Of a stretch of 64,000 nt of DNA, positions 26,360-39,589 are shown one piece after another. The notes beneath the pieces are model-generated. The model did not search any database and was not told the DNA's origin. It saw only the letters and a program-made list of their open reading frames with translations. The stretch is taken from assembly GCA_013239625.1 (NCBI GenBank), contig MU054220.1:6370626-6434625 (forward strand), written 5' to 3'. Every line of letters begins with the position of its first letter. Position 1 is the stretch's first letter. This stretch comes from Lama guanicoe (lineage: Eukaryota). The translations under genes were made by a program, and so were the position numbers.

Positions 26360-29139
26360 TTGAAAAGAGCTATGCTACTAATGTTTCAGACAGTGAGGCC
26401 CAGCGAGCACCACGGTGGAACAAATCTCAAAGGAACGAGAGGGAAGGGAAAGACTTCCCCCCTGCAGACAGGGACGGAGCTGATTCTTGCTGTTCCTGCA
26501 AGGAAAGGGGCTACCTCCGTGCCTGCCTGCGGGGATCGGAACACCCAGAGGGCAGGAAGGAAGGGAACTGAAGGACCCAGGCAGGCTGGGAGGTCGTGGC
26601 ACGATGCGCAGCAGCAGCAGTGGGACCAGCAGGAATCGGTTTGCTTCTGGTCACAGAGGAGACATCTCTGGGCCCCCCAGAAACACACACTCAGAGCCAC
26701 CTGTCAGAGGCCGGGACAGGAGACCCACAGGGGGTGAAATGAGAAAGATCGGATCTTATGAATACTAATACTCCTGCTGAATGAAATTTTACAAACATAC
26801 AGCACTTAGCTCAGGCCCTGACAGACAGTAGGTAATTTGGAGTAGAAGCCGATTTAGTCTGACAGATCCACTTTCTCTATACTGGGGAGATTTATCTGTA
26901 CATCTGGGTTTTTGCCAAACTTAATTCCTAATTAGAAGAACAACAAATTGTAAGGGAGAAAAACAAACAAAAAAATCACATTTTGATTGTGACACTGATG
27001 TATCAAAGGGTGGTAGGAAGTGTTTCATTGGTTCGCAGGGCTGTGGCAGTCTCATCAGGACGCCTCTGGCTACTCCTCCAAGGTTCAGGCTACTACACTC
27101 TGAGAGACTGTGGCACACCGACTACATTGTAATTGAAAAATCAAGGGAGATTAGCCTTAACTTTTCTTAATTAAAACAATAATTATGATACCCCGACCGT
27201 GAAGAAGTCAGGTCGCCTTCTCCCCAGAATGTGTTAACATAGAAAGAGAGAGCGTGGGGTTTAATGAGGTCTACTGCATTTGACCGAATTAAATCCTCAG
27301 TCTCCAGGATCTCAGCCTGAACGTGGCCTCTGAAGCTCATAAATAGTTCCTGAGATCTGCTCATTGACAAGGCCACTGGAGGAAATGGGTTTCTTGCCCT
27401 CACTGCATACTGTGATTGACAGCATAATCTGTACGAATGTTGTGATGTCAGGAATGCCATGATATAAGTGAGATTTCTATATTACCTTCCAGACTTCTCT
27501 TAATTGTGATAGAATACCAGGAGTTGCAGTTATCAAGATGCAAAAGTGTGCAGAATGGAATTAGCTCTTTTACCTAATACTTAGAATAGGAATTTATTAA
27601 TCAGAGTGCACTGCAGTTTGGAAGGGTTAGTATTGTTTTGTGAAACTTGTGAAATTTATATTTCAGGTATATGTGTACGTGTGTGTGTCTGTGTTGTGTG
27701 AGTGCACATGTGTATACACACGTTAGGTTACAGTGTAAAATCTATATTTTACTGTGTATCATAGCCAAAAAAATAATTGAAGAACACTGCTGCATCTGAC
27801 CTGTGTCACTTGTGTATAAAGCTTTTCAAAAATCTAAGTAAAATCATGGAACTTCTTCTGAGACAATGCACATATTCAAAAATTTGCATATGATCTCATT
27901 TAGTGTGAGATTATTCCCTGTGTATGAAAAAGGTTGAGGAGGTAATGAAATATCTCTGATACATACATGCATACATACGTACCAAAACAAAGGACAGGAA
28001 TCCCATAAGTGAAATACAACTTGAGAGGATAACTGAACCACCCCTATATTATGGGAGAGCAAATTAATGACTGCACAATGGCTAGAACATAACAATTTTT
28101 AATAAATACTATACATTAAATGAAATCTTCAACCTACTTATTTTAGACATAAATCAAAATTCCTTTGCAACTTCTAGTGAAGTTGGCCGTAATCATAGCA
28201 AAAACTATAATCTAACACAAGTGCGTTTACAGTGAGTAGGAAAGAGAATATTGCTTCTGTAGAGAATCTATTTACAAAAATAACTGTATATATGTTTTGT
28301 GTGAAGCACAATGTTTTGCCTTCCTCCATTTCATCCCTCACTTTTACCCATTATTTTAAAAAAGAGAATGTAAAACACTCTTCTTAGGCCAAAGTGATTT
28401 CTTTTGAGGAATGTTTGGACATGGTATACATGATGTTTTTAAATCTTTTAAACAGGCATGGCACAATCTTGGCTTTACTTATGTAACATACTGTGTTATG
28501 GTTTTGGTATGGTTTTCATTGAAAACTAACTTAAGACATCACCATTAAGAGAATTCCACCTGAGTCGAAAATTATCTTGGCAAAGTGTTTCAAATTATGT
28601 ACTGCGTGTGTGTTTGAATAGAAAAATCAAACTTCTGAATTAAATTTATACTATGGGTGTAAAATTCCAAGATAGAACTAAAATACCTCTATAAGGAAAA
28701 AACACACAGCAAAATGAATGGAAGATTCAAGAATAGGTGGATTGATAGGCATAAAAAATTGCTTTCCTTCTGAATGTGTTCTTCAAACTTCGTTTTTTAT
28801 TTTTCCCATGCCCCTGACTACACTGATGAAATATCTGTTCGCTGAGTCTCTTCACCCCGTCAACATTTGGCTTTATGACAACTTTGGGTCTTGGAGCAGA
28901 ACGCCAGTCCTTATTGTCTGGAAGACATTTTAGAAGGCACTAACTTTTATTGAGTCTGTGTGGTGCTGTTGTAAGAGCTTTACAGATAGCATGTCGTTTA
29001 ATCCTTACAGAAATTCTCCAAAGTATTATTATCCTCCTGATGCTCATGTCTCTAAAAATTGTTTTACTGTGGTTTCAACTCACCTTCCTCCTAAAATGGT
29101 ATTTCTAACATTAGCATGAAGATATCTTCCCTGGGGGTG

Positions 29140-29235
29140 TTGAAATTTGAAGGTGGAAACTTGGGGGTCTGCATTTTAAACAAACTCTCCAGGTAATTCT
29201 GGTAAAGGTGGTCCACAGACCAGTTAAAAAACCCT
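29140..29235. mobile_element. MER5-like hAT fragment
   Basis: 'tctgcattttaaacaaactctccaggtaattctg...gtggtccacagacca'. Confidence 0.55.
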
Positions 29236-30331
29236 TTATTTTAATATTTATAGGTACCTCTTAAGTACTTTTGCTGTCTATCAAAATGATGCCTGTGTTT
29301 GATTTTTTTTAACATTGTGGATGGTTCGGAGCTTTGATTAAAATGAAGTGCTCCCCTTACATAAAATATAATTTAAAAATAGAATATCTGCCTTGAAGTT
29401 TGCCTTTAAATATGAACGAGGCTCCAAAAGTTTTATTTTTATCCACTCTTCAGAAAGCCAAACTTCCTTTGACATCTTTACTTTTCCTTTGAGTCACTCG
29501 CCAGGTTCTAGCTCCAGTAATCCCCCCAGACTTAGCATGCTTCCCTCCTGCCAATGTCGGCAGGGCTGTAAGGGAATCTCATTGATTTCTTACAGTTTCA
29601 ATTAGCTCTGTTGCTGGCAGCCTGCATAGCGACTGGATGAATAATATTCAACAAATCCATTTTCCTTGAGTGGATATTGTAACATATTTCAAATTTGGAA
29701 GAGATGAACTGGCATTCCCAGAAAAAGTGCACTTTTCCCTTCACTTAGTGTTGATGGCAATGCCCAAAGGCATGTGCCGTGTGGCACCGCCTTTATCTCA
29801 TTTCCCCCTTTTGCTTAACTTTTCTGTATTCTTTAGATCAAAAAACTAGTAGAGATTCATTTTATCCCATGATGTTTTCTTGGAAAAGGCTGGAGAACAG
29901 AAGACTGCCAAGCTTTATAGTTTGTAGCTTTCTCGGCCAGGTGACTACGAGGAATACGCGACGTGACTTTCGTCCACAATGACACAGTCTTGGGCTGGGT
30001 GGATAGAAAGGCGGTGCTCAGATCACAGGAAGAAATGGCCCCAAGAAAATCAGAGATGACGTAGTTGTTTTTGAATAGAAGGGTTTTCCACTCTGGGAGT
30101 TATTAAGGTGGTGTTTTATTGCAGCATAACCTGACGTATACTGAGACTCATGTTTTATTTCATTATTTTCCTTCTCTTTTGCCTTTCAGGTTTTCTGATA
30201 GGACAGTACTTGTGTTCAAATCATCTTTGAAGTTAGGCAGGGCTCTGTTACTTGCCTGGGCTAATGCATTTGAGCAAAAAATTCGTGTGGGTGTGGGGCA
30301 TATTTTTTCCTGTCATTACCAAGGAGGAAAC

Positions 30332-30656
30332 TTTATTTATTCAACTGTAGTTGATTTGCAATATTGTGTTAGTTTCAGGCATACAGCTTCAAATTCTTTT
30401 CCATCATAGGTCATTACAGGAGTTTGTTTTTGTGTATGGTGTGAGGGGGTGTTCTAACTGCTTAATTCACATGTGGCTGTCCAACTTCCCCAACATCACT
30501 TGCTGAAGAGACTGTCTTTTCTTCATTGTATATTCCTGTCTCCTTTGTTAAATTGTGTGGGTTTATTTCTGGGTTCCCTATTCTGTTCCGTTGATCCATA
30601 TGTCTGTTTTTGTGCCAATACCGTGCTGTTTTAATTACTGTAGCATTGTAGTATTG
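30332..30656 (-). mobile_element. Internally deleted L1: 3'UTR tip fused to an upstream ORF2 segment
   Basis: 30332-30420 matches the L1 3'UTR end (compare 4680-4815) and 30420-30656 matches ORF2 (compare 756-1009), in the same orientation. Confidence 0.85.
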
Positions 30657-31402
30657 GACCTTGACCGTTTGACCATAAGCTGCTGAGCCATTTTCTGCAA
30701 GATTTATTCTGTCATTGAAGTCTTTTTTTCTTTTACGTCTTTCATATGTGGAATACTATTCCCTAAATCATAACTAAGTTCAGTTTTAGGAGACTTTTAT
30801 AAGAAACACTTCTTATTTAAAACTTAACCATTATGTAAAACAATAGAGATGTACAAATATTTTTTTCTTTAGAACATTAGCCAAAAATAACTATATCATC
30901 AGATTTTGTTTGCATTTTCAATTGATGCCTGTAGTAAATGTGATAAGTAAAAAGATTGAATGTGATCGTCAAAATTACATACTTTTTTACATACTTATAA
31001 ATCTTGGAAAATGAAAGTTCCAAATTAAAAGTTAGTTGGCATTGATGTAGGATATATTTAAATTTATTCGACTTGTGTTAAAATATGAGCTGTGCCAGTA
31101 AAACATGGTTGCCTCATTCTGGGAAGACCATTTCTTTCAACCAAGAGAACCCCTTAAAATCTAACTACATGAATGCCTAATTTGACAGATATGAAAGTTA
31201 ACACAAGTATGATTGCTTTGTCAAAAGTTACCCCATGGCAGATTTAAATCTAGAATTTTAATTTCTTTTAAATTTAGTGTTATTTCTATTAGATATCATT
31301 TTGTGTCTTTTTTTTTGACACAGATATTCTGGTGACACTACTTAGTTAAAAATATTTTTCTCTTCCCATTTAGTGACAGTAGTTCGTCTGGTTTATAAAG
31401 TC

Positions 31403-31554
31403 GGGGGGAGGGTATAGCTCAGTGGTAAAGAGCATACTTAGCATGCACAAGGTCATGGGTTCGATCCCCAGGACCTCTGTTAAATAAAAAAATAATAAAA
31501 ATAAGTAAGTAAAGTTAATTACTACTCCCCCCAAAACAATTAAAAAATAAATAA
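31403..31554 (+). mobile_element. tRNA-derived SINE, camelid Vic-1 type
   Basis: GGGGGGAGGGTATAGCTCAGTGG (A box) ... GGTTCGATCCCC (B box), A-rich linker, 'ctccccccaaaa' and A-rich tail. 8-bp TSD ATAAAGTC at 31395-31402 and 31555-31562. Confidence 0.9.
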
Positions 31555-31900
31555 ATAAAGTCATTTGGCATCATGTGGCTTTAGTCTCACAGAAGTCCTT
31601 TATGTGCTGGTGCCGTTTATCTGGAATCATTTCCTAGGAATTGACATAACATTTCAAAATACTAGCATTCTGTTTAAGGCTTTTGATAGGTGAGTGCCTC
31701 ATTTGTCTTCCAGCTAGACTATATCAATTTATAATTTGTGAGCTTCCAAGCCACTTAAAGTTTAGCAAAGTGACTTTGTGTTCTTCTTGTTTTTTCCTAT
31801 GTCAGTAAAAAAAAAAATTCAGTGCACATAATGTTGCCTAGTTTTATTCCCCTCTGTGTCCTTTGTGCTTGACAGCTGATAAGTCCTTAATAATATTTGC

Positions 31901-31907
<7 letters not shown>

Positions 31908-31943
<36 letters not shown>
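31908..31943. repeat. (TAA)12 microsatellite
   Basis: Perfect 36-bp TAA run. Confidence 0.96.
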
Positions 31944-31945
<2 letters not shown>

Positions 31946-33764
31946 CATTATTGTTAAGTAGAAGGAAAATATCTGGTAGAATTTGGACAGAGCCATTGAT
32001 GATTAACTTGGGTGAGGAATGTTGTCTGTGGAGAGAGGAGTTGGGGAGATAGAAGTAGTGTGGTATTTTAAATTTCTTCTTAAACCATTTCTGTATTGGT
32101 TGCTTTTTTTTTTTAATGTCAATGAGCTCATTTGAAAAGTTATCCTTAGTGAAATATTGTGGTGATGGAAAAGAAGTGAAAGAAACTCCCATATACTATA
32201 TGCAAGACTTGTTAACATGCATAATCTTACTTTAATTTCTACTAAGCTTTTGAAATACATAATCTTCTTCTCCATTATGAAGATAAGAAAGCAGTGGCTT
32301 AGCAAGGTCAAATGACTTGTTGCAAGCCAAATAGCTATGCAGCAAGGAAACTGCAAGTGAACTCAGGTTTGCCTGATCTAGACTAATTTGCAGTGGATCT
32401 GGGAGTTTGATACAGAAACCTATGTTCTTTCCCCTGTGCTAAGCTGTCTATCAGGAGGGTGGTGAGCTGACTTCTGAGATCAAGATGTCTGTGCACAGAA
32501 AAGGAAACTGTTGGCTCTTTTGCAGAATCCCAGTTCTGAAGTTAATGAGTTCAAGTGTCTGGGAGAACGGGCTTCCCACAAGGTCACACAACGGGAGTCA
32601 GTGATTTCTGACTCGCTGCATATCCAGCTCAGTTCCTTGCCAGTTCTCTTGGAACCAGCCTTGTGGTTTCATTTCCTATTGACAAGGACAAGTTCCAGAA
32701 TCTGATTTCAAGTGAATGAGTGGGAAAAAAAAAAGTGGTGGTGAGTTCTCATATACTGTGGCTGCCTTTCAAGTATTAAAGTAACTGTCTGCTTTCTTTT
32801 CCGAAAAGCAGTAGCTTTTCTTGTTATAATAAATGGCAGAGATACAGGGATGGAGATTTAGCAAAGTATAATTATGATGAGAAAGTAAGAGAATAGAAAA
32901 CAATAGCTTCTAAATATAAGGAGTCCTTCAAAATGAGCCAGTATATAAAATCCATAATGCACAATCCAAAGCAACGGAAGTTTCAAGAAATGAGACTTGA
33001 AATCCTTAAAGTAAACTCTTTTTGATTCCTGAATATAATGGATAAAAATAGACACAATGGAAATATAGAAATTATACAGATTATCCCAACATACTGCTTT
33101 TTAAAGTATTGAAATATTTGAATCAGTTACTATTGCGTTGCACAATAAAAAAGAATGCCTTGGCTCTCATAATTGGAAAGCCCAAATGCAGGGCGAGCTT
33201 CATGTCTAGTTGATTTAATCAGCAGTAATCTAGAGTTTCTTTCTGTTTTCTTGCCACCCAGAGATCCTTCATTATCCAGTGACCATCTGCCCTCATGTTT
33301 TAAGAATTTCTGTTAACTACAGTGTGTGCTGTAGATTTCTGCATTCAAAGAACACAATATTACCCAAGTTTCAGGAAAAACTAGACTGTCTTATGTCACA
33401 TATACACTCGAGTTGACTACTGTTGTCAGGGACATTCCCCTGGAACCGGACATGAGGGTCATTGCCCCTGATAACCCTAAACTCTGAGATGTTTCATTAT
33501 GGAACAAATGAAATCCCAAGATTTTATTTAAGGGAAAAGAAGAAATGGCTTCTGGGTAGACATTCAAAACTTATAGTTCAAAGTAAATATATTAGAATGA
33601 ATGGAATATTTTAGCAGTATAGTTTACAAAGGTCTACCTCCTTAAGATACCTATTTATCAAGCTTGTACTGTGTATAGAGACACATTGTGTAAAGGTGTG
33701 TAGAGAATTTTTTTCTAAAATTTCAATTACTTTTTTCTAAACATTCCAATTACCTTCTCAGGTA

Positions 33765-34342
33765 TGTTTGTTTTTTCAGGTCAGCTATTTCTGTTTAACA
33801 AATAAATTCAAAGCTTAAGTGATTTAAACCAACAATAAACATCTGTTATCCCTCATTTCTGTGGGTAAGGAATTAAAGGCAGCTTAGATGGGTAGTTTTG
33901 GCTGGGGCTTTCTCAAGAAGTTGGCTGGGGTTGCATTCATCTGAAGTCTTGACTGTGCTCAGAGGTCCTACACACATGGTGACCCACTCACATGGTTGGC
34001 TTGACTAGAGTTGAAGGATCCAATTCTGAGTGGAGACTCATGAATTTCTGTTGGTTGTTGACAAGTACCTCAGTTCCTCTCCAAGAGAGTGACTCCATGG
34101 GGCTCCTTAAATGGCCTTATGATATGGCAGCTGATTTCTATCAAAGCAAGCGATTCAAGTAAGCAAAATGGAAGCTGCAATCTCTTTTATGAACAAACAA
34201 ACCTCTGAACTCACCTAAATCACTCTTGCAATCTCCTCTTGGTTATATGGGCCAACCCTATTTAATATAGACGGAATCTGCCCAAGGCCATGAGCCAGGA
34301 AATGAGGATCATTGGGCACCATCTTAGAGACTGACAACCAAA
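33765..34342 (-). mobile_element. MaLR solo LTR (MLT1F/G/H-like) inserted in a MIR
   Basis: 'aaagcttaagtgatttaaaccaacaa...tttctgtgggtaaggaatt...tcatctgaagtcttgactg...gaggatcattgggcaccatcttagagactg'. MIR-like halves lie at about 33650-33764 and 34345-34410. Confidence 0.75.
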
Positions 34343-35640
34343 TATAAGTATTACTCACCCTTAAGTGGAGTTGAAAACAACAGGCTCGGGTGGTTTAAGA
34401 TCACAGTGTGACGTCAGGGCACAATGTTTTCACCACTGAACTAATAAGGCCAGCACCATTTGCTCCAAAGATTACTATTCTCCTATTAGAAATTCTCATT
34501 TCACCTTCCACAAAGCTAAGATATGTGGGACAACTATAACTGGTCTTAGTTTATTCATGATCCAGTCCTGTAGGTGAGGCCTTCATTGGTTAAATGAGTT
34601 GCCCAAGATCGTTCTTCATATTTTGGCAAACTGTTGACACAGGTGACCATCAAGACATATACACTGAGTAGTTTAAAATGTTTTTGAGATGAGTGTTTCA
34701 GGAAAATAAAATTCAGCTAGTTTTATACTACAGCTGGGATCTTGTCTTTTGTCCTACTTTTTATGCAGATAGCTCACAAAGGTCTCTCAGGCTTAATCGC
34801 AATCTTGAGTCTCTTTATAATGGTACCAAAGAGCACAATATTATATTGGTGACAATTGGTGACAATATATTGACATTATAATCTCAACCCAGACTTATGA
34901 TTATAACCTTTAGTTTATATATACATACGTAATTATATGTACTTCTATAACTTTTCCTCTTACTCTTTCTCTCTCTGTGTATACACACACACACAACTAG
35001 TACTGTGCCTAGAACATATTAAGTGTTCAATAAATATATTATTGCAATCAAAACATATTACAAATAAAAATAATTATTTTAATATTACCTTGTAGTCTAC
35101 ATTTAAGTATATATTTAATGTGTGAAATAAAACTAAATTTTAAGCATTTAAGCAAGGGAAGATTTAGAGATTTAGCTCTAAAGTTGATAGGATAAATTCA
35201 GCATTAACTCTGTATCTTTTATTCTCTTTATTGTATGTTTTAAACAATTATTCCTCCTTTGCCTGCTCCCTTACCCCAGTCAATTCCCAAGGCCCTTGGA
35301 CTTCAAAGAAGGAAACAATACTTATTAAGGCATTAATGTCTTCATAAGCCTGTCTCCCTAAAAAAGATATTCATACAGTTGAAAGATAATCAAGGGAAGA
35401 AAACTTCTTTATATGAAGAAAATGGATAATGTGACAGTTTCTGGCTAATGATGGCATTGCAAAAGAAAAGAAAGAAAAAAAATCACAGCAGCTATTTAGA
35501 AGTGGAGAATCTTTCTCACACTTACAGACCACTGAACAACTAATCCAATTTTTAGGCATATGGTAAGTACTGTTTGGATTACAGAATGAATCCAAAATAC
35601 ACCATTTCCTAAATTAGATGATTCACATTTGTTAACTGTA

Positions 35641-36136
35641 CATGTCTTCCTTGACTTATGACAGGGTTATGTCCCAATAAACTCATTGCAAGTGGAAAAT
35701 ATCAGTCAAAAATGCATTTTTGTACCTAACCTACCAAATACATAGCTTCACCTAGCCTAGCTTAAACATGTGCAGAACACTTACATTAGCCTACAGCTGG
35801 GCAGAGTCATCTAACACAAATCCTATTTTATGCTAAAGGGTTGAGTATTTCATGTAACTTATTGAATACTGTACTGAAAGTGAAAAACACAGTGGTTGCC
35901 TGGTTTTACAAAATGGGTGTATCAGTTGTTCACACTTGTGATCACGTGACTGACTGGGACCTTCGGTTCACTGCCATCACCCAGCGTCACAAGAGAGTAC
36001 AATATGACGCGTTGCTGGCAGAAAAGATCACAATTCAGAATTCAAAGTATGATTTCTACAAAGTGCATTTTACTTTTGCAACATGATTAAATTTGAGAAA
36101 TTGTAAGTCAAACCACTGCAAGTCCAGGATTGTCTG
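35641..36136 (+). mobile_element. TcMar-Tigger MITE (Tigger5b/MER47-like)
   Basis: Preceded by TA. 'cctaacctacc...cctagcctagcttaaacatgtgcagaacacttacattagcctacagctgggc...ttgaatactgtactgaaagtgaaaaac'. Degenerate TIRs (ttgacttatga / tgcaagtcca). Confidence 0.82.
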
Positions 36137-37399
36137 CATTAGAGTATTAAAGGCCGACTAGTAATATATAGTAATAAAAGTGATAGTAATATTACTAGGG
36201 CCAGGTGAAGCCTCTTTAGCAATGCTTTATACTGTCTCTGTCACTGAGGGACCGTGTCACTGAGCACTGTCTTGGGAGTGGCAGACAAAACAAACCTAAC
36301 AATTGTCAGCATACACCTTGTTTGTCTTGCTGGCAGACTGCTGACCTGGTTCAGGGGTCCAGCCTCCAGCGCGCTCAGTGGTGCCCCTCCCAGTCACAGA
36401 GTTAAAGCAAATATCGTGGCTTAGTTCCCTTGCTAGTGTCATGATCTGATTCTAGACAAAGTGATACTGGAAGACATTCAGTGGGAAGGCTTTTGCTAAT
36501 AACTTTCTTCGTTAATTCAAGTGAACTCATTGAAAACAGTATTATTTGCTGGACATTGTTGGTTCTTCTTGTGCCCATTTCATCCAAGAGATGAAATAGT
36601 GTTGGCATGTTAAAGAGAACGAAGTAGAAAAGATGGAAAAACCCCCTTGTCCCTGACTGCACTTTAGAAATTCTGAATTTAATCAATCCTGGGACTGGCC
36701 TACTGCCAGTTGGATGAACTGAGGGACAAGAGGTCTGTGCATCTGTGATTCTGGAGACATACTTATCCAAAGCCCCCAAGGAGTTCTCCTGCTTTACTGC
36801 TAAATCTCTGTAAGCTCGTCAAGGGAGGTCAAGCTAATTACTGTATTGGTTCACGAAAACTGCAAAATGGCCCTAAAACGGGCTTAGCATGAGGAAGGGC
36901 AGACAACCTGAGATGTTTGACATGGACTCAGATCAATGGAAGTGTTCCATATACACTTAAAAAGAAAAAAAAAATGGAAAGAAAAAGAAAAGAAAATCCA
37001 AATCCAATTTCTTTCTTTGAGAAACATGACTGTGGGGCCCAAGGCTTCTATATCTAAAGTACTTCGCTTCCTTACTGCTACAGAAACTGCTTCCCACCTC
37101 AAATTTGAGAGAACTGGGGTCCAGGGTGACTGTGGAAGCCACGAATCAGTGTCCCATTCCATTTCACATTTAGATTATAGAAGTACAAGCTTCTGTTGTG
37201 TCCTTGCCATCACTGAGGGACATGAACTGGAGTATGGTACAGAAAACCCATCTGCATGCAATAATAATGGCTAACATTTATTGCACTAAGGCCACATTAT
37301 GCCAGGCACAGGTCTCATCAATTCATGTGTATTTAGCTCGCAGCCTTTAGGGAGTGACAATAAGGACACAGTGATGTTGAGCAGATTCCTCAAGGTCAC

Positions 37400-37753
37400 T
37401 ACTGCAGACTTAATATCTGTTCCCCCACCCCCCACCCAGTCCTCACTGTGACAGTGTTTGGAGGTAGAGCATTAGGGAGGCTATTTGGTCATGAAGGTGG
37501 GGCCCTCATGAATGGGATTAGTGTCCTTATTAAAGAGTCTCCAGGAAGCTCCCCTGCTCCTTCCACTAGGTGAAGACACAGGGAGAAGACTGCCATCTAT
37601 GAACCAGGCCGTGGGCTCTCACCAGACACGAAATCTCTTGTCTCCTTGATCTTGGACTTTCCAGAATCTAGAGCTGTGAGAAATAAAGTTCTGTGCTTCG
37701 TAAGCCACCCAATTTCTGATTTTCTGATATAGCAGCTCAACTGGACCAAGACA
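37400..37753 (+). mobile_element. MaLR solo LTR (MLT1A-like) inserted in a MIR
   Basis: 'ggtcatgaaggtggggccctcatgaatgggattagtgtcctt...ctgtgagaaataaa...gaccaagaca'. Perfect 5-bp TSD GTCAC at 37395-37399 and 37754-37758. MIR halves at about 37265-37399 and 37754-37815. Confidence 0.92.
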
Positions 37754-39589
37754 GTCACACACTGAGTAAGCAGCACATCTGGGATTCGAAGGCACTTTGC
37801 TCCATAATCTGAATTCCCAAACATTATCCTGGACTGGTGTGCACTGTATAGCCCTGCCCACTCTGCTGACCTGAAATGGTCCTACTGGCAGAGCTCATGG
37901 ATCTGGGGAGGTTTAACCCTTTTCATTCTTAGAAAGATATTTTTTAAAGTCTCAGGAGAAGTAAAAGCTGGCCCCAGGCAGGGTGAATGGTGGAGTTTTG
38001 AAGGGTTTAGACACCATTGAACCACTTCGGAGATTATAGCATCTAGAAGTTTAGGCAGAGGGTAAGGGAAATATAGAAAACCCAGGAAAGAAACATAAGC
38101 AGACTTTAGGTAGTTCCTGGGCACCCAATTGGTCAAGAGAAGGGAAAGGAAACAGGTCTTCTGTATTGATAGAGAGGCATGAGGGTTCATTCATCACCTC
38201 GTGTTAAAGCTTTAGTTAACTTGAAAAGTGTGTCAGTCTTTGAGTTGTTCCTGCCTCAGTAGATAGCTGCCTTCTAATTCCAGGCTCTTCCTGAGAAAAT
38301 AAAGAGAAAGTGGGCTAATATCCACAGACTTACGCCATAACTAAGAAATGGAAACCCATACTTCCATCGACCGTCACGAAAGAAGGAAATGTAGGGGATG
38401 GCCAGCGCATCCCCAACGTATCTATGACACATGACAGGAAAAATAAACAGCTTAAAAGCCTGTTGATGATAACTCTTGCAGCCTTATCTTATATGCTCTA
38501 TGTTTGCTAATACAATTTAACATCATTTAGTAAATGATTTATTCTAGTTGGTAAAATAATGAGAAAGAATTGGATCACTGCTTCTACAAAGAATTTCTCT
38601 GAGTAGAGACAGGCGATTGAACTCATAAATGCCAAAATATATTCCCTGGTTAAGTCACCACAAAGCGGCTGGCTTTATGCTTGAGTTATTAGTAATGTTT
38701 AAACAGAACACTGAGAGTACCTTTTGTGCGCTAATTGAAAAATACAATAAAAAGATAGATTGTCTTTATGGAAAGTTCATGTGATCTAGCTAAAACACTT
38801 ACCTTACTGCCAAAGATCAAACAGTATTTTGCCTTTTTCTTTCCCCCTTTTAAATTTCTTCCAGTTTGTTTCAGTAAAATGATGGAAGCCTGGACGGCAC
38901 TTCCTTCTTTTGGTTTCTGCAAGAAGGGTAACATATCAAAACCAAAACGTGTACAATGCAAAATGAGTGTGCAGCCGTCGGCCCTGTTAGTGCTGGGAAC
39001 TGAGTCCTCAATTGATCGTGCTTTCCTGAGCGTTCAGATTCCCTGTCCAAACTGAATCTATAAGACAGGATCCAAGGCATGGCAGAGCTTTGCTGCCTTA
39101 TGTCGTAAGCAGATCCGTAAGCCGAGCTAGAAAGCTGCTAATCCCTGCGTTATTTTAAGCAACTCCAAGACTGAGTCCTTTGATTTCTCACTAAGACTGG
39201 ATGGCAATCAAATGCCCAGTCACTTGGCTACTGTTAGAAATAACACTCCTGGACTGTGTTTCTTACAGTGTTACATTGTCTCTTAAATTTATCTAAAGCG
39301 TATCTCCAAAGTAAAAAATATGTCTATGTACTAAAGGTTTTACAGGACAAGTACAATACTGCTTAAGTGGTGTAGTGAGTTATAATGTTTAAATGTTATC
39401 TGCATCTTTAAATGGAAAATATTTTAGTTCTGTGTTAAATATGTAAAGGCATAAATGCAGTCTTGCTTGGTTTTTTTTGATAGTGGCTTTTCCACTTCTA
39501 CTTTTTTTTCCCCTAGACAGGTTGCTATGAATCCGTAAATTCAGTAAAAAGTTCTAATTTTAACATAAGGCCAGATAAATATTCCTTAA

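Noticed and set aside
26284..26768. Five overlapping ORFs of 74-125 aa
   Set aside because: Expected from local GC richness. They are open on both strands, have no recognisable domain and partly read through a CA repeat.
29930..29985. CpG-rich patch reading GDYEEYAT* after an AG
   Set aside because: The surrounding sequence (to about 30150, 'ttattgcagcataacctgacgtatactga') resembles an ancient MLT1 LTR, and the peptide is too short to support.
31403..31478. tRNA-like sequence
   Set aside because: It has an A-rich tail, a TSD and a degenerate acceptor stem, so it is a SINE head rather than a tRNA gene.
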